Origin: Saccostrea echinata
Lineage: Eukaryota
Reading direction: 5' to 3'
Assembly (NCBI RefSeq): GCF_033153115.1
Contig: NW_026889803.1
Span: 14,198,001-14,262,000 of the forward strand
DNA length: 64,000 nucleotides
Shown: one piece after another, positions 54,935-64,000 of the stretch
Layout of the letters: every line of letters starts with the position of its first letter
Numbering within the stretch: the first letter of the stretch is position 1
Notes under the pieces: model-generated
The model's database searches: none
What the model saw: only the letters and a program-made list of their open reading frames with translations
Told to the model about the DNA's origin: nothing
Program-made: the position numbers and the translations under genes

Positions 54935-55287
54935 TCTGAAACCAGCTGTCTGCAAGGTGCCTGAGGAGGGTTTATTATATACATAAACATATGTTCATTC
55001 GTTTTGAAGAACCAGGTGTACAGAACTGTAAAATTCATTTTAAGAGTAATTACATGTTATCAAATATAATATTAGCTTACAACAATGGCAAATTTCCTTG
55101 TGAAATATAAAAGAAATGTCTCTAACTTTCAAAATTAACAAATGATCCCTCGCTCTTTTATATTAGGAGATGCATAAAGTAAACCTTGAAATCATCATCT
55201 ATTGTGCGTTTGTAATAGCGATATTTTGTATAGGGAAGCAAAACAATAATTAACTTGAGTAAAACAAAAAAGAAGAAAAAAGTGAGC

Positions 55288-56865
55288 ATGGAGTTGTGGA
55301 AGCAAGGAGCTGAGGCAAAAATTTACAAAACAAACTTTTACGGCAAACCTTGCATCGTCAAAGAACGTTTTGTGAAATCTTACAGACATCCCAGTCTTGA
55401 CAAATCACTGACAGCTCATCGAGTTAAGTCTGAAGTTAGAGCAATGTTAAGATGCAGGATGAATGGCAAGTAAATCTTGATCATAAGTTGTGAATTTTCG
55501 CAAATTGCAAACATCTGAGTTTTTTTTTAATGCCTTTATTTAAAGGGACATGGGTTCTAGTAATAACAGTTTTCTCACAAATGACAGAGAAACACTAAAA
55601 GGGAGAGCACTTTCAAGACCCCTGCATAATCATAATGTCAACAAATTGATACTGATACAGGTGTATCAAATAAAAACGCAGTACCCTTTCTTCCCATAAT
55701 TTGTCCCCCAGTACACTGTAACATGAAGTGATCACCAGTTAAGTCGAACCCCCAAAACAGAGTATACCGTCAAAGGGGGGTTTTCTGTTATGCCATGTGG
55801 ATCGTTTTGCAGATGTAAAACCACTCGTAAATGATAGCGATTAAAGGTGTATTAAGAGTTGGTGTTTTAGAAAAATATCACTTTATCGTACAAATAGGGC
55901 CAACAATAAAAAATGATTTGTTTGATGTACCATACTCCAACCGACCCATTAAAATTGCCCCAACCCAAACATTTTTTTCAGCACTTCAAATTCTTTTTTT
56001 AAATAGATTATCTGTATTGTTTTTAAAGTTAGGATCTGTCAATTTTCTAAGATACTTTTTAGATTAAAATATTCTACAGAAATAGATTATTTATTTCATT
56101 TGCTTAGCTTTTATGAAAATTTCTAAATCTGTGATTTATAAGCAATTGTCAAAATGTTAGAAAATATTTAATTAAAAAAAAAATACCTAAATACCCGCCT
56201 TGTAAAATGTGGGTCGGAGTACATCAAACAAAGAAAAGTTTAATGATGTCCTAAGGATTTTCTCACTGTAATATGTTTTTAGTCCAAATAAAAAAAAACA
56301 CACACACTAAGATTACTGCATATAATTTCTTCCATGTATTTTTAATTAATTTTTTTCTTTTAAAATTTTCATAGGTATACTCACACCTACAGTGTATTTT
56401 GTAAATATGGATACATCATGCATCTATATGGAAGAAATACAAGATTCTGTGACTGTAAAAGACTACATAAAAAGTGTTCAAAGTAGCAAGAACTTAACAG
56501 AAGCTGTAAAAACTCTAACACCATTGGCACAGACTATTGGAAACACATTGGGTATCATGCACAAGCAAAACATCGTTCATGGGGACCTGACAACTTCTAA
56601 CATGCTCCTTCGGGGAGAACCATCTGATAACAAACTCTATCTTATTGACTTTGGATTAAGTTTCTTTGAAAATTTATCAGAAGACAAAGGAGTGGACTTG
56701 TATGTATTGGAGCGAGCACTTTTAAGCACTCATCCAAATACAGAAAAGTTGTTTGATGTAATACTGCAGGCTTACTGTAAGAGCAATGACACAGGATCAA
56801 AAGAAGTTACAGCTAAGCTGGAGGAGGTCAGAATGAGAGGGAGAAAGAGAACAATGGTCGGCTGA
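55288..56865 (+). CDS. TP53RK: EKC/KEOPS complex kinase TP53RK (PRPK/Bud32), 222 aa. Exons 55288-55465 and 56375-56865
   Basis: KQGAEAKI, VKERFVKSYRHPSLD, HGDLTTSN, IDFGL, EDKGVDLYVLERA and C-terminal RGRKRTMVG. The exons join in frame through a GC-AG intron (MNG|ILTPTVYFV). Confidence 0.95.
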
Positions 56866-58864
56866 ATTCAAGACTTTAGATTATTTTTACAACAAATTAT
56901 AACCTCTTAAAACATTGAAATTAAGGACTTTGATACAGTATATATGTATGAAGAAAATTTAATGACTGTTTATGAAAGTATATTTTCAAAAAAATAGTGT
57001 ATCTGTTTGTCTCTGTTGTCTTTATATGTATCACTACCATTGTGGATTTTGAGGAAAGGATACTTGAATTACTTAAAACTAATGAATAAAATGAGGCCCA
57101 GAGAATTTTGTCTGTCAGCAAGAAGTCTTTAGACCCTGGAATCAACTAGGTACAACCCTCTTGACACTTTACATAAATGCAATGTCAGAGGAATTCCTGT
57201 AATCTGTGTGTGAAATGAAATGAAGAAATTTTTACATATTTTGGAAAGAACACAGCATCTACATATAAAAGTAAAGGAATATGGAGTCTAATGTCACAAA
57301 ATTTTGAAGGGCTGGAATGTAATCTTGACTGAGATTCAGCTTGCTTTTATTGTTAAGGGCATTAGTCTAAATACTAAGCTGAGTCTCAGTGCAGATTAGG
57401 CTGGAATGCTCTCTTAATAAGGTTTAGGAGGTTCAAAGGGAAATCAAGGTCATAAGGAATGGTCAAGGTCAAATTATTATGACAAGGTTGAATTTATTAC
57501 TATGTATCTAATGAAAATATCCTGAATAATTTCCTTGAAATGAAACTAATTCAGATCCTTTGATCCACTTGTGTAAATCATTACACTGAATAAAACTAAC
57601 ATATTTAATCAATTGACAAAAAGTCAAAGGGATCAGACACAAGTTCTGGAATGTAGTCTTCTTCCAATACAAAATTTTGTAAAGTTGCCAAAATATAAAA
57701 ACATGTTTATATATGTTCTACTCCATAGACAAAGTAGTATTAACTCAAAACTGAAATTAAATTCTTCCTTAAAATATAAAAAATATAAAGAAGAAGGTAC
57801 GGTTTTAGCTTTATTGTGCCCTAAAAATCTAATGTTTTCAAAAAGTTTTGATACTGGCTTAAATATTAGTTGAGTATATATATGACTGTGATAAATCAGG
57901 AAATAATATGGCATAAAGGAGTACCATTCTGGAAATATGCCGTCATCAATTTGATTCATTTCTCTATTTTAAACAGAAAATGCCTCAAAATGGCTCATTT
58001 CAAGGGTTATTTTCCTTAAGAAAATAGTGTCCACAGCCGTCGCCCACTTTAATTTTTGGATATGTTGTGTAAAATTCTTTGAAAAATCACATATCTCAAA
58101 ATCTTTGTGGGCGATGGCTGTGGATGATATTATCTGAAAGAAAATTCCATTGAAAATTGGTGTCTTTTGCAACTTTTTAAGAAAATACGGGAAATTGCAC
58201 AAGTTTATGACGTCACAATTAGCAGTTAGAAGGTCATGAGACAATTAGCAGTTAGAAGGTCATGAGAGAAAAATGATTTGTATGATCTTTCTGCATGGAA
58301 TTTCAATGATTCAGAAAGCATGAGTTTTAATTTTTCACATCACTTTCATTTTTAAGAAAAACACAGGGCAAGAATTGTATTGAAACCGCACCTTGTTCTT
58401 TTCCTTGTAAAAACTATGTTTTTGTTTTTTTTGAAAAACAACCACAATCATTTAGAAAAGTTTGAATTATTTAAATCTTAAAATCTTGAAAAGTTCAGCA
58501 TTTTGTACACTAGTGAAAGAATCCCCCACCCCCATTAGCAGCAAATGTACATAATTTATATAATGTACAAATTATTGAATGATAGTAGCTTAGCCTTACT
58601 TTTGCATAATTTTTACAAACAAAAAAATTATGGTATGCATCGATCTTCTAATTAGTCAGAATAGCTATTAAGTTACACTGAAATATTAAGTCTGAGTTTA
58701 AAATACAATGCACTTTATAATTGGGTCTCAAAATTGTGTGAATTAAATTTAAAATGTTAAAAAATATTTTGGAGGTTTTACAATATTGTTGTGTCGACAA
58801 TTTTTTTAAAAAATGAATTGTAATTAGATTGAAAAGGTGTTTATCAAGCACCCTACCTGTTTAA

Positions 58865-59293
58865 AGAATCACTGTCTAGTTTGTTGGGTATGCAAAGGCA
58901 TCAACGATAGTTGGAAACATGGGATAATTTGCATAATGGGCAAATCCCGTCATGCATAAATTGTCCCACATTTCCAACTATCATTGATGTCCCTGGCATA
59001 CCCAACAAACTAGACAGTGATTCCCTATATTTACATTTATTTATAACATAAAATTGTAAATATAAATTAAAAAATGCTGTCTAATAGATTTAAAATACAC
59101 AAGGCACCCCATGTGAATCTCAGTAGTTCCCGGCCACTGACAGACACAAAGACAGCCACACGAGATTGACATGCATATTAGGGATCTGACCTTTCATTTG
59201 GGGAAATTTATATTCAGGTATAATTATCAAGAAATCAACTCATCTAACTTTCAAAGAGTTATTACAGAGAAAACAATTAGAAATGTAAATATA
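58865..59293. repeat. Second palindromic element with the architecture of 47043-47415
   Basis: GAATCACTGTCTAGTTTGTTGGGTATGC ... GCATACCCAACAAACTAGACAGTGATTC hairpin, then ATATTTACATTT ... AAATGTAAATAT. Confidence 0.7.
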
Positions 59294-59295
59294 TA

Positions 59296-59458
59296 CTGTA
59301 TATACTCACCTATAAGTCGGTTGTATTTTTTAAGCTTATATTAGAGGGATTGACCTTCTAAAATACCAATCTTCTTATAACTCGCCTATAAGTCGGACAT
59401 AGAGTTTTGGACCAAAGTTTAACTCCCAAAAACCCGACTTATACGCGAATATATATGG
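59296..59458. mobile_element. pogo/Tigger-like MITE
   Basis: TA|CTGTATATACTCACCTATAAGTCGG ... CCGACTTATACGCGAATATATATGG|TA. Confidence 0.6.
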
Positions 59459-59792
59459 TAGTATACTTTGTATTTATATCATCATTGATTTAATATATAA
59501 ATTCTGACCATATGGTATCCTATTTTCATTCACATGAAATAATACACACTAGGTAGTACAATAAAGCAAAATTTCCAAATATGAACATGTATGAAATAAC
59601 ACACACTGGTCAATAATTAAAGGACAATTTTTCACATTTTTTTAATTAAGAAGTTTTTTATCAAGCACTTTATCATATTGTCACCATTGAATGAAATATT
59701 TCATTACATTATAAATTAAATTATATTTTCAATAACAGGCTTTTTTAAATATTTTATACTTAAATTGCAAGTGTCAAGTGACATAATTTATC

Positions 59793-60815
59793 TCATGCTA
59801 AAACATCCCACAAAGCCTGCAAAGTGATTCCATCTCTCAGTTTTTCTATTGCAAGCCCCAATTCTTCACAGTAAACTGGGTCTCTGTCCTTGTCCTTATT
59901 TCCATCCGCAAAGTATGCAGCATACGCATCCGAGGAATTGTCAGCCTCAATTTCTACATCATCTTGCTGGTAATCTACCCCCAGATCCTCTGCTCCTTCA
60001 ATCTTCTCCTCTGATTCAAACTCCACACCAAATATTGGACAAGAACTATACACTCTGTGCAGACTCTGTATTTCTTTCACAACATCATGAAGCTTTTCTG
60101 ATGGGTCAATTCGGAAACCAAGAACATACCCTCCACTTTGTTGAGAGCTCTCTACAACAAGGGCAAGTCCAAACTTGGAATCACGAATTTTTACAGACTT
60201 CATTTGAAGGTAAGGGATGCTGACATTGAAGGACTCGTTGATGTTAGCATGCCAAACTAATCGGACATTGGTAATGAAAAATGTTCCTAGATTACCTTGG
60301 TCACTCGAGAGATTCCAGACTCCATTAACTTTATTATATACCTGTTCTAGTGGCAGAAGTCGCAGTTGTTTGTTGTGAATAAGAGCTCCTCGCAGCTTCA
60401 AGTCTCGGTAAAGCTTGGATGTTTCATAGGCTCTATGGACTGATATGACAGTGGTGAAGAGTCTGGGTGACCCAGGAATTAGATTTGTGAAGATAAACTC
60501 GAATCTAGTATTGTTGCATTTTGTCAACACATACAGTGCTTCTGTTTGCCCCCGAAGTTTTGACTGTGCTGTCTTTGTAGATATATTAATGACACAGTTG
60601 AAGCCAATAGATAGGTTTACTCTTGGCAAAGCCAAAGAATGCCATATGATTCTTAGGTTGGTGACAATTATTCGGCCTCGATCCCCATTATTGCCTTTTG
60701 TATCTTCGACAGCATTCAAAGCATCGATCATTTTTTCGCCAGGTCGCATCTTCATTTGTTGTGGGTTGATGTCAAAACGGACATCTCTGTCTTCCCAAAG
60801 TCCCTCGGACGCCAT
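59793..60815 (-). CDS. BBS5: Bardet-Biedl syndrome 5 protein (BBSome subunit), 340 aa, single coding exon
   Basis: Uninterrupted ORF with [73 protein letters not shown] and ELGLAIEKL. Good start context (AAAATGG). Confidence 0.97.
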   Translation of the reverse strand: MASEGLWEDRDVRFDINPQQMKMRPGEKMIDALNAVEDTKGNNGDRGRIIVTNLRIIWHSLALPRVNLSIGFNCVINISTKTAQSKLRGQTEALYVLTKCNNTRFEFIFTNLIPGSPRLFTTVISVHRAYETSKLYRDLKLRGALIHNKQLRLLPLEQVYNKVNGVWNLSSDQGNLGTFFITNVRLVWHANINESFNVSIPYLQMKSVKIRDSKFGLALVVESSQQSGGYVLGFRIDPSEKLHDVVKEIQSLHRVYSSCPIFGVEFESEEKIEGAEDLGVDYQQDDVEIEADNSSDAYAAYFADGNKDKDRDPVYCEELGLAIEKLRDGITLQALWDVLA

Positions 60816-61820
60816 TTTGACGCTTTTCCCTGGTGACGTTCAATCAGAATGACTTCCCTTTTTCCGGAATCAATTTTTTAATGTTATTGATTTTTTTTCA
60901 CAAATGTAACAAATATATATACATGAAAATATAATTAAACATAATAAGAAAATATTATTCTATAATATGCTTTTTTAGTTTATTTTTAAATAAAAATGTT
61001 ACTGTTCCTTTCCGGATATAGCTATGTTTATCTATGAGATTTTGCATTTACTCAATAATTATGAAAGGATAATTTTGATTGGTTTTCCCTGCAATATTGT
61101 CCAATGAGAGCCGTCCTCTTGTTGGAACATTTGGTAATCTGCTAGACGAAATTTTGACAAGGTGAAAAGCTAAGGACAGAAACAGATCTAGGTAAATTTC
61201 TTTAATTTGATGTATTAACCTATTTTTCTGGCAACTTTAGTGACAGTTTGGTAATCATTTCTGATCTCAGAAATGATCGAAGATGTTGAAAGATCGATAA
61301 TTATTCGGTAGATCGGTATATTCAACCTTACCATTAATTTTATGACCCATGCCTATGTCATGAGATTAATATTCAGTGACTTTTTCGAAATGAAATTATT
61401 GCGTAATGATATTGTTTGTGGCTAGATGATTTCAATGAAACAAGACGTGCAATATTTTTGTAAACTGATAATATTTTGTTATTTCATGAATGTAGTAACT
61501 ATTTTAGTATTTGTTTCAATAAAGCCAAGCCATGCGTATACAAAACAGCCTGGGGCTATATAATTGTTGTTTTTGTGCCAACAGTACCTTATCCTACATC
61601 AAGAGAGTAGAGCTGTAAATAACACATGTCATTGTCAAATATGAATCACAATGGGATGCATTCATTTGTCAAATAGCAATTATATGGAAGTATTTTTTAT
61701 ACACACATTTATCTGTAAACAACCTCTGTTTTGGTTCAGTTGAGGATTGAGGACACCCCCCCTTTTTTTTTTAGCAAAGCGTACATGTAAATTACATTTA
61801 TTAAATACTTGGAGCATGTA

Positions 61821-62947
61821 CAGGGGTAGACAAATAGAATTTGTCAGTACTTGCCCTCGGACAGGTTACCATCGTAAAATTACTTGTCCTGCCAAAAAAT
61901 ATGCTTGTCCCACCTTTTTCTTAATTAACATAAAATTAAAGCATTATCGTTAATATTAAATTAATTTTCAATTGATAAACTACATGGGGACCAAACTATA
62001 CCAAAATCACTTAATTCTTCCACGGATTTAGGGGTAAGTCTTGTTCCAGGGAGATTTCTGAGCTTGTGCAGTGCGCATATCTATATGTACATGTACATAA
62101 TTTAAACATTTCTATGAATTACTTAATTTAACATCCCAAAAATTGAAGACGTCAAATCATTTGATGATTTCCAATTGCAAGGCATATGAATATCAAGCAT
62201 TAGAATTATATTTACAACTTACAATTTCTCAACTGAAAAAAATTAATTCATATCCTGCATAATATGCATACATGATTACAGTTCAATATTTTAGTAGTAA
62301 AATTTTACGTTTAAAATCCAGATTTCTTTCCTTATTTTCGGGGTATTAGTTAAGTCAAAGTTTCAGTCTATTTTCTTCAAAATTCTTCAATGAGGTATTC
62401 CCTTTTTTTTTTATTTAAAAATAATGCATAATTGTTTGATTGAAAGCAAAAAAATATTATACAGTAATTGATTATGAAAACCACCATTGCATGCCGATCG
62501 TGACTTTCTGTGATCGCCAGTCAACAGCTCCAATTTTAATATCAGTATAAAACGTTTGTATTCACGGCATGAACTTTACAATACCTAAAATGGTCTAAAA
62601 TCCTCTTCAACTTTACAATACCTAAAAAGGTCTAAAATCCTCTTCCACTTTTATTGACATGGAATCGATAGCTGCTGTTTTACATCGTGTGTATATTTTA
62701 ACTACACATGAATGGGTAAATTCTAAAGGAGTTCCGACCGAGTATTCGATGTAGTGATGAACAGCAGCAAAAACAGGTGCTCTACTGTGATTCATTACAT
62801 TTCAACAGCGGTAAAACAAACAACATTTGATTTTTTTGTTAACTGGAGAAGCACTTGTCCGCGGGCAGGTACCACTTATCAAATAACTTGCCCGCCAAAC
62901 AAATTTGGTTGTCCCGGGCGTCGGGCAATGCTATTTGTCTAGCCCTG
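61821..62947. mobile_element. Non-autonomous hAT-like TIR element
   Basis: TIR CAGGGGTAGACAAATAG / CTATTTGTCTAGCCCTG, subterminal CTTG(T/C)CC repeats, ATGTA on both flanks. Confidence 0.75.
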
Positions 62948-64000
62948 ATGTATTGAATATAGTGAAAAAATTTAAGGTACATATTTTTGAATAAAATATG
63001 GAGCATACAGGAAATTTTACACTTACCCAATGAAAATTATTAAGTAGCAAGAGAGTTTGAATGTAATTGTTTTACTAATCACACAAACCCTGACAAGATA
63101 TAACGGGTATACAGCTGTAATGAGGTATTACCTGCACATGTTCTGATCAGAGATCAATTTTAATTGATTATTATTATATGTCCACAGGTGCTTTTTATTT
63201 GCCTTGGTCAAAATTGAAAGAGTTACGTAAAGGACACTAGGCAGGCTTTCATTTTAAAGCATTAATTGTCAATTACTGTGTGCAAAATGTTCTTGCATAA
63301 TCACAATGGAGTGGTATAATAGTAGGCTCCTCATAACCAGTCATTAGACTGATGCGATTAGCAAGATTATGCATTATCACAATGTTGGTATAATGATCAT
63401 CATGACTGGTTATATCATCATAACCAGTCATTTAGACTGATGTGAAGAAAAAAATCACAGAAGCATATGTGAATCTTGCCATGGTTTTGGAAGTAAGTCT
63501 GACAGGTCAGGGAAACTCAGTACATATCAAAATCACAACTTTAAAATCTCATAACATCCATATACAACTCTAAGAGGGTCGTATCACTTTCTGGTAAAAA
63601 GAAAAAAGCTGGATCCCATGAAATTGGGAAAATAATAAACAATGTTAATTTATCAATTTGGTGTGTCATCGTCGCAAGCCACGGGCTTTGTGTCCATTCC
63701 CGTGGCTTGCGATGATGTTTGGTGTGTATGCTAAACAAACAGTGCAATTTGTGTTCAGTTCATACCGGTAATTTAAAATCTGTTCTTGAAGTAAATTAAC
63801 ATTGATATCTTGGGCTCATATTTTTGCATATATTGTGATGGTACATGTATCATATGAATATATTATAAATTTAATGAAAGAATTTTTAAAAAAATTAATA
63901 AATTTATTCAATTAAAAATGTATCCTTTTACTGGACCAAGCTTATTTGTTGGATTCACAGCCCTGGACTAAACTTTAACATCTAGTTTTAAATTAATTTT

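Noticed and set aside
59849-60852. Plus-strand ORFs of 124 aa and 135 aa
   Set aside because: Antisense shadows of BBS5.
17511-62645. Short two-copy tandem duplications (17511-17568, ~58215-58268, ~62571-62645) and homopolymer runs
   Set aside because: Ordinary slippage products with no further structure.

Overview
AT-rich, intron-containing animal genomic DNA, most likely a bivalve (oyster-like), inferred from the ~167-bp satellite and the Helentron-type repeats. It is not prokaryotic, so there are no operons or CRISPR arrays. I rebuilt six protein-coding genes by hand with phase-consistent splice sites: HNF4 (+, 7 coding exons), DCAF11/WDR23 (-, 17 coding exons), RAB5IF/C20orf24 (+, 4 exons), GDAP1 (-, 5 exons), TP53RK/Bud32 (+, 2 exons) and an intronless BBS5 (-). 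Introns and spacers hold many non-autonomous DNA transposons, Helentron-associated elements carrying 146-167 bp tandem arrays, small LTR-like elements whose LTRs are tRNA-derived, and a decayed Penelope-like RT fragment. I found no clearly new multi-gene system. The best leads are: (1) a gene block whose human orthologs map to the 8q21/14q11-12/20q11-13 paralogon, with BBS5 as the intronless outsider; (2) tRNA-derived LTR mini-elements, one with a tRNA-Gly primer site fused to an inverted LTR; (3) two GC-AG introns, one able to remove the HNF4 F domain; (4) an AGGTCA-dense satellite near HNF4. Family names come from recalled motifs, not database searches.
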